Shown here: positions 29,880 through 38,083 of the stretch, one piece after another
Position numbering within the stretch: position 1 is the first letter of the stretch
Layout: each line of letters begins with the position of its first letter
Assembly: GCA_038850615.1 (NCBI GenBank)
Contig: JAWCLR010000001.1
Coordinates: forward strand, 16,637-80,636
DNA length: 64,000 bases
Source: Candidatus Woesearchaeota archaeon
GTDB lineage: Archaea > Nanobdellota > Nanobdellia > Woesearchaeales > ARS49
Reading direction: 5' to 3'
Notes under the pieces: generated by a model
Databases searched by the model: none
Told to the model about the DNA's origin: nothing
Seen by the model: only the letters and a program-made list of their open reading frames with translations
Program-made: the position numbers and the translations under genes

Positions 29880-30110
29880 ATGGATGATTCGCGCGCACCG
29901 GTTTTTGTCAAAGTTGAGGATTACAATGCAATCTTGGAATTGCTGAACAAGGTAAAGGAGCGCCTTAAGCAGGCGCGCACTCTTCTCGCCAAAGTCAACG
30001 AGCTTAAGCAGGAGGAAGACCGGCAGATAGAGAACTGGGCAAAGGACATTGATGATGTTGAAGAAAGGCTGACTTCGATAAGCCAGTCATTTACTGAACC
30101 ACAGGCATGA
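29880..30110 (+). CDS. Small coiled-coil protein, paralog of the upstream C-terminal domain
   Basis: GGTGA RBS; PVFVKVEDY..K.EE...W...E.RL. Confidence 0.8.
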   Translation: MDDSRAPVFVKVEDYNAILELLNKVKERLKQARTLLAKVNELKQEEDRQIENWAKDIDDVEERLTSISQSFTEPQA

Positions 30111-30481
30111 AAAAAAAAGACGAGAGCTTGCTTTTTGTTGCAATCAGGGAGCCTTCTTCTACCCGAAGGGACGTCCTTATGGCCACAAAGGACGTTCTAG
30201 ACGTCCTGAAAAGGTATGAGGAATACAGGGCAATTTCTGCAGAAAAGCAGAAAGTCCTTGCAGAGCTTAACCAGGTTGTTGGCAGTTTAAGGTCGCTTAA
30301 CAACCGGCTAAGAGCGAAAATGCCAAAGGCACCCATATCTCCGCAAATCAGTGTAGCGCGGGAGAAAGAGGATGAATTCATTACGGGCCCTGCGCCTGGA
30401 ATGGCGCGGCCCAAATCAAAATTAGACATTCTACAGGAAGAGCTCGAGAAAATAGAGAAGAGATTAAGTGCTTTGGAGTAA
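30107..30481 (+). CDS. Coiled-coil hypothetical protein
   Basis: ATGA overlap; FVAI followed by a long helix; C-terminal heptad helix. Confidence 0.8.
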   Translation: MKKKDESLLFVAIREPSSTRRDVLMATKDVLDVLKRYEEYRAISAEKQKVLAELNQVVGSLRSLNNRLRAKMPKAPISPQISVAREKEDEFITGPAPGMARPKSKLDILQEELEKIEKRLSALE

Positions 30482-30611
30482 TGCGCCGGACAGGATTCGA
30501 ACCTGCGTAGGCACTAAGCCAACAGCTCTCTCTGAGCAGCAGCAAAGAGAGCTGGTCAGCTCCGCTGACCGCTGCTTGAGGCTGTCCCGTTTTCCGCTCC
30601 GGCACCGGCGC
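30482..30611 (-). tRNA. tRNA-Leu(CAA) with 47-nt intron at 37/38 (30528-30574)
   Basis: Acceptor GCGCCGG/CCGGCGC; ACAGC-CTCAAG[intron]A-GCTGT; long variable arm; GGTTCGAATCC. Confidence 0.92.
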
Positions 30612-30778
30612 GTTTGCAAATATCTGTTTTTCTGCCTTTAAAAACTTATCCTCCAAAAACTTGAATTCACCCTTCAAATGCCTTTCGTTCCCAAGAGTCC
30701 CATACAAATGTTTTTATAGTCGATGAGTCCTGCGTGTTCCCAGTCCCTGCTTGGGAACAAGCCGGGAATGACACTAAA

Positions 30779-32116
30779 ATGAGCGTTGAAGTTTTTGCTG
30801 TTGGCGGTTATGGAGAAGTCGGCAGGAACATGACTGCAATAAGGATTGACGACCAGGTCGTTATTCTTGATATGGGTTTGAACATGCCCAATTACATCAA
30901 GCTTACAGAGGAGGAAATAGGCGAGATAGTGAGAATTAATGAGTCTGCACTGAAAAGGGCTGATGCAGTGCCGCAGGACAGTGCGATAAAGGGCTGGAGG
31001 CAGAACGTCGTTGCAATCATTCTTTCCCATGCGCATCTTGATCATATTGGTGCAGTGCCTTATCTTGCTTCAAAATATGATGCTCCGATAATCTGCACGC
31101 CTTTTACTGCAGAGGTTCTGAAGAGTATTTGCAAAGATGAAAATATCAGACTGCCCAACAAGATAATGCAGTTGTATCCGAATCAGCGCACAACGATTGG
31201 TGACAATCTTGTTCTTGAGTTTTGCGCAATAACGCACTCAACACCCCAGGATGTCCTCATAACTCTTCACACAAGGCACGGCACGATTGTTTATGGAAAT
31301 GACTACAAGCTTGACGACCACCCGGGGATTGGGAAAAAGCCGGATTATGAGCATTTCAAAAAACTTGGTGACAAAGGTGTGCTTCTGCTTATACAGGACT
31401 GCCTTTATGCCCCTGAGGCGAGAAAAACACCCTCAGAAGCAGTCGCAAAGGACATGCTTGATGATGTTCTGCTTGGTGTTGACAGCAGGGGAAAGGCAGT
31501 TGTTGTCACGACTTTCGCAAGCCACATTGCCAGATTAAAGGCGATTGCAGAATACGGGAAAAAGATGGGCAGAAAAGTGGTTTTTATGGGACGCTCCATC
31601 GCAAAATATTGCTGGGCTGCAGAAGCAACTGGAATCACGAGTTTTGACGGCGTTGAAATCCTGAAGTACAGGCGTCAGATTGAGAAAAAGCTTAAGGAAA
31701 TACAGGCAAGGGGGCGAGAGAAGTTCCTTATGGTGATGTCTGGGCACCAGGGAGAACCCAAGTCTGCCCTTGCAAGGATTATTCGTGGAGAACTGCATTT
31801 CAAGTTTAACCCAGGAGACCATGTTGTCTTTTCCTGCATAGTGATTCCTGCCGAAATTAATAGGAAAAACAGGGCTGAAATGGACGAACAGCTGAGGCGT
31901 CTTGGGGTGAGAATTTTTTCTGACATTCACGTTTCAGGGCACTCGAGCAGGGAGGACATAAGGGACATGATTATGATGCTTAAGCCAAGGCATTTGATAC
32001 CAACTCACGGTGAGCCTCACAGGATTGACTCGTTCATTGTCCTAGCAGAAGAAATGGGCTACGGGCGCGAAAATATCCACGGAATCGTAACAGGGCAAAG
32101 TGTGAAAATTGTCTAA
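30779..32116 (+). CDS. rnj: Ribonuclease J (beta-CASP MBL)
   Basis: VGGYGEVGRNM, SHAHLDHIG, GHQGEP, HVSGH, PTHG. Confidence 0.95.
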   Translation: MSVEVFAVGGYGEVGRNMTAIRIDDQVVILDMGLNMPNYIKLTEEEIGEIVRINESALKRADAVPQDSAIKGWRQNVVAIILSHAHLDHIGAVPYLASKYDAPIICTPFTAEVLKSICKDENIRLPNKIMQLYPNQRTTIGDNLVLEFCAITHSTPQDVLITLHTRHGTIVYGNDYKLDDHPGIGKKPDYEHFKKLGDKGVLLLIQDCLYAPEARKTPSEAVAKDMLDDVLLGVDSRGKAVVVTTFASHIARLKAIAEYGKKMGRKVVFMGRSIAKYCWAAEATGITSFDGVEILKYRRQIEKKLKEIQARGREKFLMVMSGHQGEPKSALARIIRGELHFKFNPGDHVVFSCIVIPAEINRKNRAEMDEQLRRLGVRIFSDIHVSGHSSREDIRDMIMMLKPRHLIPTHGEPHRIDSFIVLAEEMGYGRENIHGIVTGQSVKIV

Positions 32117-32171
32117 AACAAAAAACTTTATATATGTTTAACCATTCTGCAGGAGTTAAGGGGGAGGAACT

Positions 32172-32918
32172 ATGAAGCTTGTTTTGGCAGACCCAACATA
32201 TCTTAAGGACAGCATTGCAGTTATTTCAGAACTTGTTAATGAGGCAAGGTTTAGGATATCGCGCGACGGGCTTGAAATGGTTGCAATGGACCCTGCAAAC
32301 GTGGCAATGGTTGTTTACAAGCTCCTTTCAAGCGCTTTCACAGAGTACGATATTCCGAAGGAAACAGAAATTGCAATAAACCTTGCAAACCTCAAGCAGG
32401 TGTTGAGGAGGGCTAAGGCAAATGACATTCTGACCCTGCAGGTGACTGATGAGAACAAGCTCCAGATTACCTTAAAGGGCGGCACGACAAGGGTATTCTC
32501 CCTGCCGATTATTGACATTGAGGAGAAGGAGCAGCGCGTTCCCTCATTGAGCTTCCCGGTAAGCGTGCAGACCGCATCGACTGTGCTTAATGAGGCGATT
32601 GAGGATGCAGACATTGTCGCGGAGTCAGTGACTTTTGCTGCAGAGCCGAGCAAGTTCTCTGTTTCTGCAGAGGGTGATTTGAGCAAGGCACATATTGAGA
32701 TTGCGCATGGCAATGACACAAAGGTCACAACCGAGAGCCCTGCAAAGGTCAAGGCAAAGTACTCTATTGAATACCTGAAGAAGATGATTCAGGCAGGCAA
32801 GCTCGCTGATACCGTCACGATCAGCTTCAACCAAGACTATCCGTTAAAGCTTGAGTACAAGGTTGTTGACAAGCTGCTGATGAGCTTTATTCTGGCGCCG
32901 AGGGTTGAGAACGACTGA
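32172..32918 (+). CDS. pcn: DNA polymerase sliding clamp PCNA
   Basis: [28 protein letters not shown]. Confidence 0.97.
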   Translation: MKLVLADPTYLKDSIAVISELVNEARFRISRDGLEMVAMDPANVAMVVYKLLSSAFTEYDIPKETEIAINLANLKQVLRRAKANDILTLQVTDENKLQITLKGGTTRVFSLPIIDIEEKEQRVPSLSFPVSVQTASTVLNEAIEDADIVAESVTFAAEPSKFSVSAEGDLSKAHIEIAHGNDTKVTTESPAKVKAKYSIEYLKKMIQAGKLADTVTISFNQDYPLKLEYKVVDKLLMSFILAPRVEND

Positions 32919-32923
32919 TAAAA

Positions 32924-33190
32924 ATGCCTTATGTCAAAAAAGAGGTCAGGAAAGCTATTGACCCTAAATTAAAGCCCGCACTTAAAATTCTGAAAAATGC
33001 TGAAATTGGTGACCTAAATTACATAATTACGCGGCTCCTGTGGAAGTATTTGCAGGAAAAAGGGATAAACTACGCCAACCTGAACAGCGCCATAGGGGTG
33101 CTTGAGTGCGCCAAGCTTGAATTGTACAGAAGGGTGGCTGCGCCTTACGAGGACAAGAAGAGGAAGCTGAATGGGGATGTGTTCAAATAA
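32924..33190 (+). CDS. Conserved small helical protein (DUF6899-like)
   Basis: [35 protein letters not shown]. Confidence 0.75.
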   Translation: MPYVKKEVRKAIDPKLKPALKILKNAEIGDLNYIITRLLWKYLQEKGINYANLNSAIGVLECAKLELYRRVAAPYEDKKRKLNGDVFK

Positions 33191-33646
33191 TCACTTCTTT
33201 GTCCCGTAATAGAACATTTTTTGTATGTCAACGTCGCCTGGCTTCCAGTCCCCCTGCCTTGGGTGCGCGACTTTTGGTTCTGTTTTCAGCTCAACCTGCT
33301 TTTCCTTCTGCTTTGGCTGTGCTGATTGTATTTTGTTGAGGTCTTCGCGCAGTGCATTGACTTCTGTTATTAGTTGGTTCATCGCATTGCGCAAAATGTC
33401 CAGTTCGTCGGAGAACACTTTCTGCAGTTTTTCAAGCTCTATCTGGAATTGCTTTGCTGCAAGCGGATCATGAGCAGGCGCTGTTTCTACAATTACACTT
33501 TCCTGTGTTGCTTGTGCATTGTCTTTTGGTATTACTTGTATTATTTCTTGCGCCTGCGTATAAGCGTCTTGTGATGATTCTGCCATGCCGTGTTTTTTCA
33601 ATTCTGAGCTGAGCATGTTTATCCTGCGCAGTTTCTCAACATCCAT
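33191..33646 (-). CDS. Hypothetical coiled-coil protein
   Basis: Central heptads; HPRQG..DVDIQKMFYYG tail; GAGG RBS. Confidence 0.75.
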   Translation of the reverse strand: MDVEKLRRINMLSSELKKHGMAESSQDAYTQAQEIIQVIPKDNAQATQESVIVETAPAHDPLAAKQFQIELEKLQKVFSDELDILRNAMNQLITEVNALREDLNKIQSAQPKQKEKQVELKTEPKVAHPRQGDWKPGDVDIQKMFYYGTKK

Positions 33647-33658
33647 GCTTATCAGTCC

Positions 33659-33931
33659 TCACTTTAGTTCAAAGTATCCGTCTTTTCCGAGCACAAACAT
33701 TTTCTTGACTGCGGGCTCTTCAATTGCCTGGGGTTCCTGCGCTGCAATTGGCGGCTTTCTTACGACTTCAACAGCTGGCAGTTTTTCCCTCTTGAACGGA
33801 ACAAGTGCAACAGCGCATGCCTCGCAGTAGTATTTTCTCCCTTCCTGCTTTGCTATGCACAGGGGGCAGAGCTTTTTGCCGCACCAGTTACACACTCCTT
33901 CAAATTCCTTCCTGTGCGTGTTGCATCTCAT
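33659..33931 (-). CDS. B-box-like zinc finger protein
   Basis: CxxH..CxxC..CxxC..CxxC. Confidence 0.78.
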   Translation of the reverse strand: MRCNTHRKEFEGVCNWCGKKLCPLCIAKQEGRKYYCEACAVALVPFKREKLPAVEVVRKPPIAAQEPQAIEEPAVKKMFVLGKDGYFELK

Positions 33932-33937
33932 TTCTTT

Positions 33938-34684
33938 TCACCCTATTTTGTGTGAAAAGTTTTCCTTTATGAACTGGACCATCATTTCATTGCTCGCGAG
34001 CCGGTATGCCTGCAATGCCATTGTGAAAAGGTTTTCCCTGAGACAGACATCGCCGAGTGCTGATAGTTTTTCCTTGTTGTTTGCGAGCTCGTATGCCTTG
34101 AGTGCGTATCCGAGCTGGTTTTCCTGCACGCATTTGTCGCCGACAAGCACGAGTTTTTCCATGTTTCTTATTGCAGTGAAGACTTCTATTGCGTGGTCCC
34201 ATTTTCCTCTTGCAAGGCAGTCCTCGCCGACTTTTGCAAGCCGTTCTGCGTTGTTTATTGCCCTGAACGCCTTGATTGCGTCTGCTAACCTGCCATCTTC
34301 GAGGCATTTGTTTCCAAGCCTCAGGAGTTTTGCGTGGTTGTCAGCAAGGTTGTAGCAGTCAACCGCGTTTCCGAACAGGCCGACTCTCTCATAGTCCTCT
34401 CCAATTTCTGTTAGCTTCATCTTGTTCCCTGCAAGGATGAATGCCTTTACTGCATCGTTGAGTTTTCCTTTTCTATGGTATTCGTCGCCAAGAACGTTCA
34501 GTACGTGCCTTCTGGTAACCTCGTTGAACATCGAGAGGTTGATGTTGTCCAATCCTTTCTCAAGCAGTGTTGGCAGGATTTTCTTGAAGTTGTCTGCGTT
34601 GGATGTTGTTTCTGACTGCCTGAGAACGTTTGTCTGATCAACAAGGTTAGAAACCACTTTTTTCATCAGCAATTCTTCGCCCAT
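33938..34684 (-). CDS. Alpha-solenoid protein with six 29-aa repeats
   Basis: Repeat L..(L/V)G(D/E).C...G.L..A..A(F/Y)....N; GAGGTG RBS. Confidence 0.8.
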   Translation of the reverse strand: MGEELLMKKVVSNLVDQTNVLRQSETTSNADNFKKILPTLLEKGLDNINLSMFNEVTRRHVLNVLGDEYHRKGKLNDAVKAFILAGNKMKLTEIGEDYERVGLFGNAVDCYNLADNHAKLLRLGNKCLEDGRLADAIKAFRAINNAERLAKVGEDCLARGKWDHAIEVFTAIRNMEKLVLVGDKCVQENQLGYALKAYELANNKEKLSALGDVCLRENLFTMALQAYRLASNEMMVQFIKENFSHKIG

Positions 34685-34818
34685 CTCTGCACCTCTTCTT
34701 CCCGCGCAAACTATTTCTCACTTCTTACGGGATTTTTTATCTATTATACTAATATATAAATGTTACTATTCCGTATACTAGAAATGTTTTTATACTTAAC
34801 GCCTTAAAAAAACAAAAG

Positions 34819-35250
34819 ATGAGCGAGGCAAAACAAATATTTACGGATTGGATTGTTGAATACCTGAAAAGCAAGGATGCTAACATCAAGCAGATTATTT
34901 CCATAAAAAAGAGTGAGCAAGGTGTTGACGTCGTTGTTGAGGGCGCCCTGAAAAGCCAATACATACTTGTCCAACCCGAATTCAAGGATTTGAGCATGCT
35001 TGATTCCTTCAAGGACAAACATGCAGTAATTGTGACGGCAAATACAAAAAAGAATGTTGAATTCCTTATTACGAACTGGGACGTTCTTACAAAGTATCCT
35101 CATTTGAGCATTTATTTTGTCAACCCAAATTCCGCAACAGACAAGCGCTGGATAATCTATCCAGCCACGCACGATAGGATAACAGAGCGCAGGGCTTTGA
35201 GAAAAGGCCTTGAAAGCATGTTCTTAACAGTGGAAGAATGGAAGGGATAA
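34819..35250 (+). CDS. Hypothetical protein
   Basis: 143-aa ORF downstream of a divergent AT-rich promoter region. Confidence 0.75.
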   Translation: MSEAKQIFTDWIVEYLKSKDANIKQIISIKKSEQGVDVVVEGALKSQYILVQPEFKDLSMLDSFKDKHAVIVTANTKKNVEFLITNWDVLTKYPHLSIYFVNPNSATDKRWIIYPATHDRITERRALRKGLESMFLTVEEWKG

Positions 35251-35334
35251 TACGGCTGCCGGAAACTTGTGGGCTAGTAGTAGAAAAAGATTAATAGAAG
35301 CACAAAATTCCGCATATGGTAGGAAAATATATTA

Positions 35335-35559
35335 TTGATGAGAGACTTGAATTTCCTAAAGGTCAACTTCAAGAATACAACTCCAATGCTACTTACTGAT
35401 GCCAGAAAAGCTCTTGAAATGCTTGGTTTTACTGTTTCGCGCAGCGGTCCCTGTTCAATACGAATTCAGGCCCAGGAAGAAGTAAAGCAATACCTTAAAA
35501 AGATCGGTACATCCAATAACAAGAATACTCACGCAATAAATCAAATCCTGCACCAGTGA
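35335..35559 (+). pseudogene. Probable C-terminal remnant of a LAGLIDADG-like endonuclease
   Basis: VNFKN..LL.D...L..LGF...IRI...V..Y...IGTSN.K resembles the second half of a LAGLIDADG domain; the LAGLIDADG helix is absent; runs into tRNA-Gly. Confidence 0.55.
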
Positions 35560-35622
35560 TCTAGCCTGGTAGGATACGAGCTTCCCAAGCTTGGCGCCCG
35601 GGTTCAAATCCCGGCTGGTGCA
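35550..35622 (+). tRNA. tRNA-Gly(CCC)
   Basis: Acceptor GCACCAG/CTGGTGC; CGAGC-TTCCCAA-GCTTG; GGTTCAAATCC. Confidence 0.95.
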
Positions 35623-35657
35623 TAAGCCGGTTTTTAATAAAAAAGAGAATCTAAAAG

Positions 35658-35954
35658 CTACTCAGCCGTGCCTGTCGCTGGCGCTTCTCCTTCTTCTTCC
35701 TCGTTGTAGCTTGGCACTGCTGCCTTGCTGATTATTACTATGTCGCCGATTGCCTTCACGAGCTGGTGGGGCACAACCACGCCTTTTGCTGAACCGAGTA
35801 CTTTGCTAAGGAATGAGTTCTTTGTCGCGCGGACTCTCCAGCCATAAACCTTTGATTGTGTCAGGAGTGCTTCTTCAACGTCTCCGAAATAATCGCCGGT
35901 GTCAGTAAAGACTTTCATGTCAAATGTTTCCGAGATTTTTTTCATCTTCAGCAT
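35658..35954 (-). CDS. PRC-barrel domain protein (CdpB-like)
   Basis: KVFTDTGDYFGDVEE and VPHQLVKAIGDIVII; GGAGG RBS. Confidence 0.88.
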   Translation of the reverse strand: MLKMKKISETFDMKVFTDTGDYFGDVEEALLTQSKVYGWRVRATKNSFLSKVLGSAKGVVVPHQLVKAIGDIVIISKAAVPSYNEEEEGEAPATGTAE

Positions 35955-36064
35955 GATTCATCCTCCCTCTTGAGCAGTAGTGTCATTCCAGAGTGCAACA
36001 GCTATATAAACTTTGTGCCGGCGTAAAGAAAGGTTATTTAAATGCGCCAAAAGTCTGGAAGGAT

Positions 36065-36766
36065 ATGCGGTTCAAGAACCTGGTAATTATCGGGACATCG
36101 CACATTGCTGCTGAAAGCGTTGCAGAAGTCGCAAAGGCAATGCAGGAGGAGCAGCCCGGCATTGTTGCAATTGAGCTTGACCACAAGCGCCTGATGGCTT
36201 TATTGCATCCGCGTAATGCGAAAGCGTCATGGAAGAACATAAGGAGCATTGGCTTCAAGGGCTGGCTTTTCAGCATTATCGGCGCGTGGGTTGAGAAAAA
36301 GCTTGGTGAAAAGGTTGGGATAAAGCCAGGTGCTGAGATGTTGCAGGCGGTAAAGGCGGCAAAGGCATTGAGAATTCCCATTGCATTAGTTGACCAGGAT
36401 ATTGAAATCACGTTAAAAAGGTTCTCAGAAACATTGAGTTGGAAGGAAAAATGGCACTTGTTTGTTGACGTCATAAAAGGGCTGATTTTCAGGAGGAGTG
36501 AATTCAGTTTTGACTTGAGTACTGTGCCAAGCCAGAAATTAATAGAGAAAATGATCAGGCAGGTCAGGAAGCGTTACCCTAATATTTACAGGGTTCTTGT
36601 GACAGAAAGAAACCAGATTATGGCAAAAAATATGGCTCACCTGATGGCAAACAATCCTGACAAAAAGGTTGTTGCAATCGTCGGCGCAGGCCATGAAAAG
36701 GAGCTTCTTCGGCTTGTCAGAGCAGAACTTGTGAAATGGGGTCCTATTTTCCGAGCTGCTGAATGA
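36065..36766 (+). CDS. TraB-domain (TraB/GumN) protein
   Basis: IIGTSHI, IELDHKR, PGAEM, LVTERN, VGAGH. Confidence 0.9.
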   Translation: MRFKNLVIIGTSHIAAESVAEVAKAMQEEQPGIVAIELDHKRLMALLHPRNAKASWKNIRSIGFKGWLFSIIGAWVEKKLGEKVGIKPGAEMLQAVKAAKALRIPIALVDQDIEITLKRFSETLSWKEKWHLFVDVIKGLIFRRSEFSFDLSTVPSQKLIEKMIRQVRKRYPNIYRVLVTERNQIMAKNMAHLMANNPDKKVVAIVGAGHEKELLRLVRAELVKWGPIFRAAE

Positions 36767-36949
36767 GGCGAGGAGCAAGCGGAACGCAGTGGAGCGCAGC
36801 GACGAACTGAATTCATAGCAAGTGTCCATATGCGAGCAAAGTGAGCTGCTGGCAGGTTGCTGCTTTTGAATGAAGTTCTCGTAGCGAGTGTCTCTAGCGC
36901 TGTGCGCAATTAGCATAATTTATATACTTAATAAAAAGAAACTCACAGC

Positions 36950-37681
36950 ATGTCCTGGGCAAATTACAAGGATAAGGTCAAAAGGTATTTTCCTTTCTCA
37001 AAGACAGAGTGGCAGAACTTTGTGCTTCTCGTGCTTGTTTTTGCATTTATCCTTTTCATTTTCAAGTGGGGGACAGAGGACATGAGCACGGCAGAATGGA
37101 TGAAGAATTCGTTAATCTCAATACTAAGCGTCGCCATAGTTGTTTTTTCCCACCATTCTGCGCAGCGCCTGTACGGCATTTTTTTTGGATATAGGGTTGA
37201 GCACAGGATATGGTGGGCAGGGCTTTTCTCGGGAATAATAGCAATTATCCTGACAAGGGGCAAAATCCCTGTGCTTGCAGGAAGCGCATTCCAGCCCCAC
37301 TTCCTTGCCGTTCACAGGCTGGGTGCATGGCGTTATGGTCCAAGCGTATGGCAGATTGGGCTTGTTGCCTTCTCAGGCCCCCTTGCGTCTGTACTTGTGG
37401 GATTCCTGCTCTGGCTTGCAGCCCCTGCTTTTTTTGAGCCGCTTCTCATTTTCAGCCTGATTTTTGCATTTTACTGCCTGCTTCCTGTCCCTCCTTTGGA
37501 TGGAGTGCATGTCTTTGCGGCTTCAAGGATTTACGGTTTTGTCTTCATTTACGTAATCTTCTCAATTCTTGCATTCCTCATACTTTATTTCATTGCGGGA
37601 ATAAGCATTTTGTGGAGTGTGGGTCTAGCGTTGATAATTGGATTTTTTTGCTGGCTTGCTTATGACGCGGTGATGAAGTGA
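36950..37681 (+). CDS. M50 (site-2 protease)-like membrane protein, degenerate zinc motif
   Basis: HHSAQ where HExxH is expected; SGPL and LLPVPPLDG; next to TraB as in other archaea. Confidence 0.78.
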   Translation: MSWANYKDKVKRYFPFSKTEWQNFVLLVLVFAFILFIFKWGTEDMSTAEWMKNSLISILSVAIVVFSHHSAQRLYGIFFGYRVEHRIWWAGLFSGIIAIILTRGKIPVLAGSAFQPHFLAVHRLGAWRYGPSVWQIGLVAFSGPLASVLVGFLLWLAAPAFFEPLLIFSLIFAFYCLLPVPPLDGVHVFAASRIYGFVFIYVIFSILAFLILYFIAGISILWSVGLALIIGFFCWLAYDAVMK

Positions 37682-38013
37682 TGGACAGGAAAGGACAATG
37701 GGAAATGTTCTGGCTTGAATACGTTGCAGGTGCTTTGCTGGTTATTGCTTTTTATCTTGCTGCAAGGGGCGCTTATGTTGGAATGGCTTATGCTGTTGCT
37801 TTCCTCATCGGCGCAATACTTGGAAGGTTCTGGTATGAGAGGATAAGGAAGCATAAGAACAAGCTTTACATAATGGTTTTAACGCTTGCAGTCCTTCTTG
37901 GCGTAATTCTCGGAAGCATTGGCACAGACAGGCGTGTTGTTGTCATTCTTTACGTCATCGGCATCCTGCTGGGTTATGTGGTTCACAAGGAGAAGTGGGT
38001 TAGAAGCACCTGA
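37678..38013 (+). CDS. Small multi-TM membrane protein
   Basis: Four hydrophobic segments; overlaps the upstream stop. Confidence 0.7.
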   Translation: MMDRKGQWEMFWLEYVAGALLVIAFYLAARGAYVGMAYAVAFLIGAILGRFWYERIRKHKNKLYIMVLTLAVLLGVILGSIGTDRRVVVILYVIGILLGYVVHKEKWVRST

Positions 38014-38083
38014 ATGTGACTCCACTGGACATTCCTTGAGGGGCGCGCAAGCCTTTTAAACTGGCATTTCTGTGATATTTTGC

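Noticed and set aside
30381..30707. 108-aa - strand ORF
   Set aside because: Spans the intron-containing tRNA-Leu.
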